DNA of 64,000 bases from an uncultured Pelagibacteraceae bacterium (lineage in GTDB: Bacteria > Pseudomonadota > Alphaproteobacteria > Pelagibacterales > Pelagibacteraceae). The notes under the pieces were generated by a model. It was given only the letters and a program-made list of their open reading frames with translations. It did not search any database and was not told where the DNA came from. Below, piece after piece: positions 1 to 8,763 of this stretch (the stretch's first letter is position 1; the number at the start of each line of letters is the position of its first letter). Location of the stretch: contig CACIJX010000002.1 of the NCBI GenBank assembly GCA_902587085.1, positions 6,158 to 70,157 on the forward strand. Reading direction: 5' to 3'. The position numbers were made by a program, and so were the translations under genes.

Positions 1-1083
1 AAGAGTTTGTTTGTAACTTAGAGATATTCTTTTTTTCTCAATATCTAGTTCAATAATTTTTACTTTTATTTCTTGAGAAGGAGATAATATTTTTCCTGTT
101 TGAACATTTTTCTTGTTCCAAGATAATTCTGATTGGTGTATCAAGCCTTCTAAGTTTTCATCAATCTTTACAAAAACTCCGTAATCTACACATTTAGTTA
201 CCGTTCCATTATAAATTTCTCCTACTTTAAATTTTTTATCTACATTTTTGTATGGATCATCATACATTTGTTTAATACCGCAACTTATCCTTTTTGCTTC
301 TCTATCAATTTTTATTATTTTAACTTTAATTTTTTGACCTAATGATAATACCTCAGATGGTTTTTTTACTCTTGAGTAAGCAATATCAGTAACATGAAGC
401 AACATATCGCAACCTTTATATTCTAAGAAGCATCCCCAGTCTACTAAAGCCCGAACTTGTGCTTCCAGTACATCTCCTTCTTTAATTTCTTTTAAAACTT
501 TATCTAAATATTGGTTTTTATTTTTTTCAAGAATTGCTCTTCGAGAAACAACAATATTTCCCCTTGCCTTATCAAGTTTTACACATAAAAATTTGAGAGG
601 TATATTCATTAAACTATCGATATTTTTTGGTGGTTTAGTATCAATTTGAGATCCAGGTAAAAAACAAAGACAAGAGTCAACATTGACTACCATTCCACCT
701 TTAACTTTGTTTGTTATTATTCCTTGAACTTCTTCTTGAGTTTGAAAAGCCTTTTCCATCTTTTTCCAAGAGTTCATTCTTCTCGCTTTTTCTCTGGATA
801 CAATTATTTCACCTTTAAAAGTTTCTATTCTTTCTAAGTAAACTTCTATTTTTGAACCAATCTTTAGGTCTTTAAATTCTTTTGATAATTTAAATTCTTC
901 AATAGGTATAATGCCTTCACTTTTTGCCTTTAAATCGACAAACACATGTTTCTTTCCTATTTCACTCACAACTGCTTGAATGATGCTTCCCTCTTTTAAT
1001 TCTCTTTTTTTGAAATCTTCTTTAAGTAGGTTCTCAAACTCTTTTGTACTGGTCTTTTTAATATTTTCAGTTTTAGCTTCCAT
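1..1083 (-). CDS. rpsA: 30S ribosomal protein S1, N-terminal part (gene runs off the left edge of the window)
   Basis: Absent from the ORF track because there is no stop in the window. Manual minus-strand translation from the ATG at 1083..1081 gives MEAKTENIKKTSTKEFENLLKEDFKKRELKEGSIIQAVVSEIGKKHVFVDLKAKSEGIIPIEEF, a typical S1 N-terminus. The conserved aroA-cmk-rpsA order supports the call. Confidence 0.85.
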   Translation of the reverse strand, partial: MEAKTENIKKTSTKEFENLLKEDFKKRELKEGSIIQAVVSEIGKKHVFVDLKAKSEGIIPIEEFKLSKEFKDLKIGSKIEVYLERIETFKGEIIVSREKARRMNSWKKMEKAFQTQEEVQGIITNKVKGGMVVNVDSCLCFLPGSQIDTKPPKNIDSLMNIPLKFLCVKLDKARGNIVVSRRAILEKNKNQYLDKVLKEIKEGDVLEAQVRALVDWGCFLEYKGCDMLLHVTDIAYSRVKKPSEVLSLGQKIKVKIIKIDREAKRISCGIKQMYDDPYKNVDKKFKVGEIYNGTVTKCVDYGVFVKIDENLEGLIHQSELSWNKKNVQTGKILSPSQEIKVKIIELDIEKKRISLSYKQTL

Positions 1084-1749
1084 ACTTACTCATAATTTTT
1101 TTATCTATAATTTTTGACATTTTGTTTATCATATCCGGAATATTCCTTAATTTTCCGGTGTCCACAATTACCGCATCAGGGCTTTTTAGTAAAGGGCTGT
1201 TTTTGCGTGTGAGGTCCCTATAATTACGTATTTGTAGTTGTTTTCTTACATTGTTAAATTTTATTTTTTTTATTTTTTTTTCTAAGCTCTTTAAACCTTC
1301 GTTTTGCAGCAGTATTTAGATCACATTTAAAAAAAAATTTAATATCCGCCTTAGGTAGAATTACAGTTCCTATATCTCTGCCCTCAATACAAATCTTATT
1401 AAATTTTTTTTGCAAAGTTTCTTTGAAAGGATTTAAGTATGAGTCTAATATCTTTTTTTTTGGCAATAATAGATGTATTTTCGGAAATATCTGCAGTGTG
1501 AAGATTTATATTTTTTAATTTATTATAATTAAGTTTTTTAAAACTTTTTTTTAAAAATGTGACTTCATTTTTTGGTTTATATTTTAATAATTGATAACTA
1601 GCAAATCTATACAATAAACCAGACGATAAAAATTTTAATCCATATTTTTTGGAAATTTTTTTTGCACCAGTTGTTTTACCGCTTGCAGCTGATCCATCAG
1701 ATGCAACAATTAATTTATGATGCTTTTTTAGTCTCAAATTTACCTCCAA
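1073..1749 (-). pseudogene. cmk: cytidylate kinase, reading frame broken twice at poly(A) tracts (could equally be homopolymer sequencing error)
   Basis: Three consecutive frames together give a full-length Cmk. Frame 1 (1399..1749) has the P-loop GSAASGKTT and ends ...SFQRNFAKKI*. Frame 2 (1254..1466) has ..KKFNKICIEGRDIGTVILP..AAKRRFKELRKKNKKNKI*. Frame 3, hand-translated, reads ..KFNNVRKQLQIRNYRDLTRKNSPLLKSPDAVIVDTGKL..KKIMSKYGS* and stops at 1075..1073. The junctions fall in the A8 run (plus-strand T8 at 1403..1410) and in the A9/A8 runs (1262..1281). Confidence 0.8.
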
Positions 1750-3075
1750 GCAGCTTTATTGTACTTAAAAAATTAGGTGAAGAAGTTTTTACAGTTTCAA
1801 AGCCTTTAATAGAGGCAGGACAAGATGAAACTAAAGATAAAACAACAGTGCTCATACAGATCCTATGATCACCAAGGCTTGAAACTTTTATCAATTTTCT
1901 TTTAAAATTCTTTGTGCCAAAAATTTTAAATTCATTTTTTGTTAGTTTAGATTTTATACCAATTTGATCTAAAATTTTTTTCATTTCCTTTGCTCTCGAA
2001 CTTTCTTTGTTAGAAAGTTCTGAAATACCCTTAAAGGTATGAATTCCCTTCGTAAGTGCCGCTATCACAAATGAAATTGGATACTCATCTGGCATAGAAG
2101 GATATATGTTAGCTTTTGCTTTTATAGGCCTCAATTTACTACTCTTAATTTGAATATCTCCATATATCTCATTGATTTTATTTTTTTTAATATTTTTAAA
2201 AATGATTTTTGCACCATGCTTTTTCATTAATCTATAAAATCCTATTCTTTTAGGATTAAGTCCAACATTTTTAATTTTTAAATTACATCCAGGTACTAAC
2301 ATAGCAATTGAAGCATAAAAAGCTGCGGTTGAAGGGTCTCCCATTACAGAATATTTAGTACTCTTAATATTATTTTTTCCATAAATATTTATAAAATTTT
2401 TGCTTTTAGTTTTTTTAACTTTAATCATCTCAGAGTTTTTTATCAAAATATTTTCAGTATGATCACGACTTTGAATATTCTTATTTTCAGTTATTCTGGA
2501 ATTTCCAAAAGCATTTAAAGATGCAAGTATAACTCCGCTTTTAATTTGGCTACTTACTCCAGCTTCGTAAAAAATTCTTACTGGCATATCAGAAGAAATC
2601 ATATTAAGCGGTAAAGTTTTTTTATTTTTAGGATAGAAATTTGCACCAAATTTTCTCATTAAATTTATTATTTCATCCATATTTCTCTTGTTTAAAGATT
2701 TGTCTCCAGTAAATTTCAGATTTAAACCTGGTGTAGTTGATAAAATTGATATTAAAAGCCTAGCAAGGGTGCCGCTATTTCCAAAATTTAAAATAGTATT
2801 TTTCTTTGCAGAAAATGAACCAAGTCCTTTACCAAAAACTTGAAATTTTTTTGGACCAATTTCTTTTATTTTAATATTTAATTTTTTAAGGCAACTAATA
2901 GTGGAATACACATCATCACTTTTAAGAATATTTGAAATCTCGGATATACCCTCACTTATTGCACCAATCAAAAAAGCCCTTATGGAGATAGATTTATCAC
3001 TATCAGCCTGTATTACTTTATTAAAACCATTTATTTTTTTTTTTTTAGAATAACGGAATAGCTTCCCCTATGCAT
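1715..3075 (-). CDS. aroA: 3-phosphoshikimate 1-carboxyvinyltransferase (EPSP synthase); N-terminal ~35 codons are out of frame at an A13 tract
   Basis: The 418-aa ORF (1715..2971) is clearly AroA but starts inside the conserved N-terminal motif. Upstream, the ATG at 3075..3073 gives MHRGSYSVILKKKK*. The adjacent frame then reads KINGFNKVIQADSDKSISIRAFLIGAISEG, which matches the PGDKSISHR motif. The two frames join if the A13 run (plus-strand T13, 3034..3046) were A14. Confidence 0.85.
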
Positions 3076-3081
3076 ATTTTA

Positions 3082-3837
3082 TTAGTTTTCAAAAGAGCCA
3101 AAATATAACTCTCTAGCCTTATTAGATTTCAACACATCTTTTGGCTTTCCCGAAGCTACTATAGTTTGCTCACCAATTACATATGCTCTGTCCACAATTT
3201 CAAATAAGTTTTGAACTTGGTGATCTGTTACAATGACACCACATCCGTAAGATTGAAGCTTTAAAATAAATTTCTGAATATCCTGTACTACTATTGGATC
3301 TAAAGCAGCCATCGGTTCATCAAGCAAAATAACCTTTGGATTATTAATCAAAGTTCTTGCGATTTGAAGCCTTCTTACTTCTCCACCAGATAGAGAATTT
3401 GCATCGATATTTCTTAAATGTTGTAAGTTAAATTCATTTAAGAGTTTTTCGACTATCATTTTTTGTTTTTCACTTCCTTTTACCGAGATTTGACATATAG
3501 CAAGAAGATTATCGTAAACTGTCATATTAAAAACACTTCTGTATTGACTCAAATACGACAAGCCCATTTTTGCTCTTAAATGAATTGGCATTGATGTTAT
3601 CTCTTTTTGACTCAAAAAAATGTTTCCAGTATCTACTTTATACTGACCAATTACTGCACCGTACAAAGTTGATTTACCGGATCCATTAGGTCCAATTAAA
3701 CCTACAATCTCACCCGCATAAAGATCTAAGTTAATCTTTTTTAGTATTGGCCTTCCCTCGAAAGATTTACTCAGATTTTTAACCTGCAATACTGGCTTAT
3801 TTTTTTTAAATTTAATTATTCTAAATGATTTTTTCAT
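3082..3837 (-). CDS. lptB: LPS export ABC transporter ATP-binding protein
   Basis: 251 aa with Walker A GPNGSGKST, signature LSGGEVRR and Walker B ILLDEP. It lies directly downstream of kdsD and an lptC-like gene. Confidence 0.85.
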   Translation of the reverse strand: MKKSFRIIKFKKNKPVLQVKNLSKSFEGRPILKKINLDLYAGEIVGLIGPNGSGKSTLYGAVIGQYKVDTGNIFLSQKEITSMPIHLRAKMGLSYLSQYRSVFNMTVYDNLLAICQISVKGSEKQKMIVEKLLNEFNLQHLRNIDANSLSGGEVRRLQIARTLINNPKVILLDEPMAALDPIVVQDIQKFILKLQSYGCGVIVTDHQVQNLFEIVDRAYVIGEQTIVASGKPKDVLKSNKARELYFGSFEN

Positions 3838-4433
3838 TAATAGTTCAATTTTATATTTACTTTATCTTGATTGTACATACTTATTTTAAGTTTTTTTTCA
3901 TTTAAATCAAAATCAAGTTTATCAGCAACTAAATTACCTTCAGGAGCCTCTCCCACAACACTATCTTCTACAAGCAGATAATTCTCAGAATTTTTATAGA
4001 ATGCTTTTTCTGAATAAAGTCTATTTTCAAGATAGTACATTTCTACATTTTTTGTGAATTCCATGTCACTAGTGATACTATCATAAATACCTTCATCACT
4101 TGTTATTCTTAGTACCGTTCCATCCTTAAAGAAAAATTTACAACGCATCTTTTTCATATAAATAATGTTTGATTCTTCCGATGTAAATTCAGCAACATCT
4201 GAATTAATTATAAATTTATTTTCATTATTATCTGTTCCTTCATACTGGACATTTTCGAAAGTACTAATTCCCTCATCAATTTCTTCAATTTTTTCTTCAT
4301 CAATTAATTTTTCAGAAAATTTTTTTTCACCTTTTTCGTAAAAATAAGTGAAAAATATTATTGCTATACCAAGTAAAATTAAAATTATTTGAATTGTATT
4401 TTTTTTATCGATTTTAATTTTATTTAATGCCAT
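3837..4433 (-). CDS. lptC: LptC/LptA-family LPS export periplasmic protein with N-terminal membrane anchor
   Basis: 198 aa with one N-terminal TM segment (IQIILILLGIAIIFFTYF). It sits between kdsD and lptB, as in the canonical kdsD-lptC-lptA-lptB locus. The family assignment rests on context and architecture only. Confidence 0.55.
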   Translation of the reverse strand: MALNKIKIDKKNTIQIILILLGIAIIFFTYFYEKGEKKFSEKLIDEEKIEEIDEGISTFENVQYEGTDNNENKFIINSDVAEFTSEESNIIYMKKMRCKFFFKDGTVLRITSDEGIYDSITSDMEFTKNVEMYYLENRLYSEKAFYKNSENYLLVEDSVVGEAPEGNLVADKLDFDLNEKKLKISMYNQDKVNIKLNY

Positions 4434-5400
4434 ATTTCAATAACGAATGTATGTGAATTATTCCAATTGGTTTGAAGTAAGCTCTTTTTTTTGTGTGATC
4501 CTCATCAGTTGATACTAATAAACTCGTTATTTTTTTTTGGCTCATAATAGATAAAGCTTTTTCAGCTGAGGTATTTTGTCCAACATATAATGGTTTTTTT
4601 GTCATAAAATTTTCTATTTTAGTATTTGTAGAAAACTTTCTCGCACCTCTTCTTATATCTCCATCTGTTACAATTCCTACCGTTAGTTTATTTTTTAAAA
4701 TTATACCTATACCCAAGTTTTTTTTGCTTATAATTTGGATAGCCTTCAACATACTGCTTTTATAATTAATTAGCGGAAGTTTATTTCCAGTTAACATAAT
4801 ATCTTTTACTAGCAGTAAGGTCTTACCTATACTGCCACCAGGGTGAAATATCTTAAACCTTTCTTTTGAAAAACTGGCTTTTTGCATAAGCGCTGAACAA
4901 AGACAATCACCAAAAAGTAATGTTATGCTTGTAGATGTTGTAGGAACTAAACCTGTAGGATCCGACTCTCTTACTTGCGGGATTAATATTGGAACGTCAC
5001 TAGCTTTCAAAAGTAAACTGTCTTTTTTTGAAGCTACACCTATTATCTTAATATTAAATCTATTTGAATACTTCAACATATTAGTTAACTCTAAAGTATT
5101 TCCGGAATAAGAAAAAACTATAAGGATATCCCTTTTATCTATCTGACCTAAATCACCATGATTAGCTTCACTTGGATTTAAATAAAAAGAGGGAAAACCT
5201 ACTGAAGAAAGTGTAGCCGATATTTTTCTAGCTACTAATCCACTTTTTCCTACACCAGCAGCAATTATTTTTCCTTTGCAATTTGAAATAAGATTTACAG
5301 CTTTAATAAATTTTCTATCAAAAACCTTATTTATTTTCTTTAACTCTGAAATTTGAATTTTAGAAGCCTTTTTAGCTATGTTAATATAATTTATTTTCAT
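4420..5400 (-). CDS. kdsD: arabinose-5-phosphate isomerase (SIS plus tandem CBS domains)
   Basis: 326 aa with a SIS-domain GVGKSG motif followed by a CBS-pair region. It sits in KDO/LPS gene context. Confidence 0.85.
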   Translation of the reverse strand: MKINYINIAKKASKIQISELKKINKVFDRKFIKAVNLISNCKGKIIAAGVGKSGLVARKISATLSSVGFPSFYLNPSEANHGDLGQIDKRDILIVFSYSGNTLELTNMLKYSNRFNIKIIGVASKKDSLLLKASDVPILIPQVRESDPTGLVPTTSTSITLLFGDCLCSALMQKASFSKERFKIFHPGGSIGKTLLLVKDIMLTGNKLPLINYKSSMLKAIQIISKKNLGIGIILKNKLTVGIVTDGDIRRGARKFSTNTKIENFMTKKPLYVGQNTSAEKALSIMSQKKITSLLVSTDEDHTKKRAYFKPIGIIHIHSLLKYGIK

Positions 5401-5402
5401 TA

Positions 5403-6026
5403 TTAATGTTCAAATACATCAAATTTAAATCCAGACTGATCCAACTTAATTCTTGTATCCAAAAAATTTATACAATTTTTATACAAATCCATCCTCTTTT
5501 CTCTAATTAACATTTTTTCCAATTCTGACTTAATTTTGTGAAGAAAAATTACGTCATTAGCCGCATACTCTAACTGCTTATCACTGAATTCATTAATATT
5601 TTTGTTCCAGTCACTGCTTCCTGCTCTTTTATCTAAATTTTTATTACAGAATTCATAAACTAAATTTTTAAGACCATGTTGGTCTGTGTAAGTTCTCACA
5701 ACCTTACTAGCTATTTTTGTATCAAAAATATTTTTAACTTTGCATTTAAGAAAGAACTCTAGCGCACTTTTATCAAATCTTAAGTAATGGCCGATTTTTA
5801 ATATTTTTTCATTTTCTAATATTGATACCAAATTAGGAGCTTTGTATGCTTTTCTATCAGGCTGAATAACATATACTTCTCCCTTAAGGTCACAAATTTG
5901 TATTAGGCTTAACTTGTCTCTTTCAGGTATCTTCAAACCAGTTGCTTCAGTATCTATAGCTACACTATCTTTAATTTTTGCGACAATTTCCTTAGGCAAA
6001 TCGTTTGAAAATTTATTTATCTTCAT
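5403..6026 (-). CDS. RNase D-like DEDDy 3'-5' exonuclease (single-domain)
   Basis: 207 aa with ExoI VAIDTEATGL, ExoII HYLRFDKSAL and ExoIII YAANDVIFL motifs. Confidence 0.7.
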   Translation of the reverse strand: MKINKFSNDLPKEIVAKIKDSVAIDTEATGLKIPERDKLSLIQICDLKGEVYVIQPDRKAYKAPNLVSILENEKILKIGHYLRFDKSALEFFLKCKVKNIFDTKIASKVVRTYTDQHGLKNLVYEFCNKNLDKRAGSSDWNKNINEFSDKQLEYAANDVIFLHKIKSELEKMLIREKRMDLYKNCINFLDTRIKLDQSGFKFDVFEH

Positions 6027-6044
6027 ATATTCATTCTAATTACC

Positions 6045-6989
6045 ATGAATAATTACCCGATAGCAACAATTCTAGGCGGTGGGGGTTTTATAGGCCGGTA
6101 TCTTGTCAGAAATTTGACGAAGAAGAACTATAGATGCATTATTCCTACTCGTAACCCATTTACTAAGGTTTATTTGAAGACACAGGCGCCTCCGGGAGCA
6201 ATAGAATTAATTAAATTTGGTCAAAATAATTTTGAAGAAATTAAAAACGCTGTAGAAAATTCAGATGTAGTTATAAATCTTTGTGGAATATTATTTGAAA
6301 ATAGAAAACAAAAATTTAATAGTATTCACGGAGATATTCCTGAAAGCATCGCAAAACTTTGCGCACAATCAAAAGTAAAAAAGTTTATTCATGTTTCTGC
6401 AATTGGTGCTAGCAAAGATTCTAAATCAAAATACCAGCAATCTAAATTTTTAGGGGAAGAAAAAGCTTTAAGTAATTTTGATAAAACAGTTATCATAAGA
6501 CCAAGCGTTGTAATTGGTAATGAAGATAATTTTACAAATTTATTTGCTAAATTAAGCCTTTCTCCAATAATTCCTGTAGTGAATGTAAATTATAAATTTG
6601 AGCCTATTTTCGTAAATGATGTAGCAAAAGCAATTTTAAAAGCTATAGAGACAAAAAATAATGAAGGAAAAATTTATGAACTAGGTGGCGGCAGGGTGAT
6701 TAGTTTTGGGGATATGATAAAACTAATTCTAAGCACAATTGGAAAAAAAAGAATAGTTGCTGATGTGCCGATGACTTTAGCTAAAATTCAAAGTTCGCTT
6801 TTGGGCCTTTTACCGATTGATCCAATTATAACAAAAGATCAATGTCTAATACTTTCTGAAAAAGATAATGTAGTATCTGGCGATCACTTAACTTTAAAAG
6901 ATTTAAATATCAAACCGACGGATATTGAAAAAGAAATGGAAAAGTGGCTGTGGCGTTACCGATCAGGTGGAGAATTCGCAAAAGTCTAG
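6045..6989 (+). CDS. NAD(P)-binding epimerase/dehydratase-family protein, NDUFA9 (complex I 39-kDa)-like
   Basis: 314 aa with an N-terminal Rossmann motif ILGGGGFIGRYL. The length and layout are typical of alphaproteobacterial NDUFA9-family proteins. Confidence 0.6.
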   Translation: MNNYPIATILGGGGFIGRYLVRNLTKKNYRCIIPTRNPFTKVYLKTQAPPGAIELIKFGQNNFEEIKNAVENSDVVINLCGILFENRKQKFNSIHGDIPESIAKLCAQSKVKKFIHVSAIGASKDSKSKYQQSKFLGEEKALSNFDKTVIIRPSVVIGNEDNFTNLFAKLSLSPIIPVVNVNYKFEPIFVNDVAKAILKAIETKNNEGKIYELGGGRVISFGDMIKLILSTIGKKRIVADVPMTLAKIQSSLLGLLPIDPIITKDQCLILSEKDNVVSGDHLTLKDLNIKPTDIEKEMEKWLWRYRSGGEFAKV

Positions 6990-7885
6990 GGTACTAACAA
7001 GTTAAAAGATTTATCACTTTTTCTAATTATTAATTTGTCTTCAAAACCAAAGTCCTCACCATCTATTTGTGAGAGAACTTTATTTTCAAGTTTATCAATT
7101 TCTAACTTATCAAGCTCTTTAGTAATAATACTTTTTGCTCTACTTAAATCCCCTTTTGATAATATTAGCCAAAGGTAATATAAAATTTTAATTCTTGAAA
7201 GATCTTCAAATATATAAGCAATAACTTTATTATCAAAAATATTTGTTTTTTTCGTAATAGAGTGTGGTCCTGCATAATATTTTGAATTTGTTACAAGTAC
7301 CCAATCGGCTTTAATTATTTTTCCATCGACATTAACTTTCATCTTTTTATTTTTTAGAAATATAAAATGTTGCAGACCTTTAAGCGCAAAAATTATCTTA
7401 CCTAAATATTTTTTAATTTGAGAGTCTATTGAATGCACAATCTCTGAGTCAAAACCAATCCCAGCCATAAGAAAGAAATATTTATCATTAATTTTTGCAA
7501 GATTAATTTTTTTGGTGTTTTCTGAAACAAGTACTTTATAAATTTCTTTAGCTTTTTTTTCTATTTGTGTTTCAATCTGAAGTATATTTGCTGTTCCTGC
7601 AGGTATGTAACCGATAATAGGCTTATCAATGTCTTTGTACTTATTTATGATCTGATTTATTCCAAAACATACTGAACCATCACCACCTGCAATTACGACT
7701 CTATCTGTGTTATTTTTTGATAATTCACTAAAAACTTTTTCAGCATCTTTTTCAGAGCTGGTTTTAAATAACTCTACCGAATGATCTATTTTAAGAAGCT
7801 CTATTACTTTGTTGATAAGCTTTAATTTTCTTCCACCTGCTGCGTTAGCATTAAAAATGATGGAAAATTTTAATTTTTTAATCAT
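6986..7885 (-). CDS. diacylglycerol-kinase-family lipid kinase (YegS/DgkB-like)
   Basis: 299 aa with the DAGK catalytic-domain motif IAGGDGSV. It is transcribed divergently from plcP across a 60-bp spacer. Confidence 0.75.
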   Translation of the reverse strand: MIKKLKFSIIFNANAAGGRKLKLINKVIELLKIDHSVELFKTSSEKDAEKVFSELSKNNTDRVVIAGGDGSVCFGINQIINKYKDIDKPIIGYIPAGTANILQIETQIEKKAKEIYKVLVSENTKKINLAKINDKYFFLMAGIGFDSEIVHSIDSQIKKYLGKIIFALKGLQHFIFLKNKKMKVNVDGKIIKADWVLVTNSKYYAGPHSITKKTNIFDNKVIAYIFEDLSRIKILYYLWLILSKGDLSRAKSIITKELDKLEIDKLENKVLSQIDGEDFGFEDKLIIRKSDKSFNLLVP

Positions 7886-7887
7886 TT

Positions 7888-7916
7888 TTTAACATTTCTG
7901 TAACATATTTATGATT
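7888..7916 (+). promoter_or_regulatory. candidate Pho box (11-bp phased direct repeats TTTAACA / TGTAACA / weak TATGATT) upstream of plcP
   Basis: The repeats start at 7888, 7899 and 7910. The same heptad and phasing occur upstream of pstS and pstC, and phoB/phoR are encoded nearby. Confidence 0.45.
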
Positions 7917-7945
7917 CAACTAAAAGAAGAGATTCGTTTTATAAA

Positions 7946-8758
7946 ATGAAACAAATAAAATCTACCGCCGAAGGAAAAATACTTACATTTAAAAGTATAT
8001 TCATCTCAGATGTTCATCTAGGAACAGTTGGTTGCCAAGCAAATAAACTCTTAGAATTTTATAAACACACAAGATCAGAAAATCTTTATTTGGTGGGAGA
8101 CATCTTCGATATTTGGGCTCTCAAAAAAAGTTTTTTTTGGCCACAAGAACACAATGATGTCATTCAAAAAACTCTTAGAAAGGCAAGACACGGTACAAAA
8201 GTAAAATATATTACAGGAAACCACGATGAGATTTTTAGAAAGTTTGTTCCAATAAATTTTGGTGATGTTGAGTTAATAAACAAATGTATACATGAAACAG
8301 TTGATAAAAAAAAATATGTGGTAATTCATGGAGACCAGTGGGATGGTGTTATGAAATATGCACCCTGGTTATCTAAAGTGGGTGCCATCGCTTATAATTT
8401 CTTATTAAGATTAAATAATTTAGTAAATTTTATTAGAAACATTTTTGGCAAGGAGAAGTGGTCGCTTGCAAAATTTTTAAAAAATAAAGTAAAGAATGCA
8501 GTTAAATATATAGGTGATTATGAAAAAACTGTATCAAGCTACGGTAAAAAGAAAAATGTCGACGGAATTATTTGTGGACATATTCATAAAGCTTCAAATC
8601 AAAATTTTGATGGAGTGAACTATTTAAATTGTGGTGATTGGGTAGAGAACTGCACTGCTCTTGTAGAGCATCTAGATGGAAAAATGGAAATTATTAAGTG
8701 GGATGAAATTAGACAAGAAGTAGTAAATTACAGAACTCAGCTTAAAGAGGTAGTTTAA
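7946..8758 (+). CDS. plcP: metallophosphoesterase of the LpxH/PlcP type (phospholipase C used in P-starvation lipid remodelling)
   Basis: 270 aa with calcineurin-like motifs ISDVHLG, VGDIFD, GNHDE and GHIH. It is immediately followed by a GT4 glycosyltransferase and lies next to the pho/pst genes. This matches the plcP-agt arrangement described for SAR11 and other marine heterotrophs. Confidence 0.7.
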   Translation: MKQIKSTAEGKILTFKSIFISDVHLGTVGCQANKLLEFYKHTRSENLYLVGDIFDIWALKKSFFWPQEHNDVIQKTLRKARHGTKVKYITGNHDEIFRKFVPINFGDVELINKCIHETVDKKKYVVIHGDQWDGVMKYAPWLSKVGAIAYNFLLRLNNLVNFIRNIFGKEKWSLAKFLKNKVKNAVKYIGDYEKTVSSYGKKKNVDGIICGHIHKASNQNFDGVNYLNCGDWVENCTALVEHLDGKMEIIKWDEIRQEVVNYRTQLKEVV

Positions 8759-8763
8759 CATTT

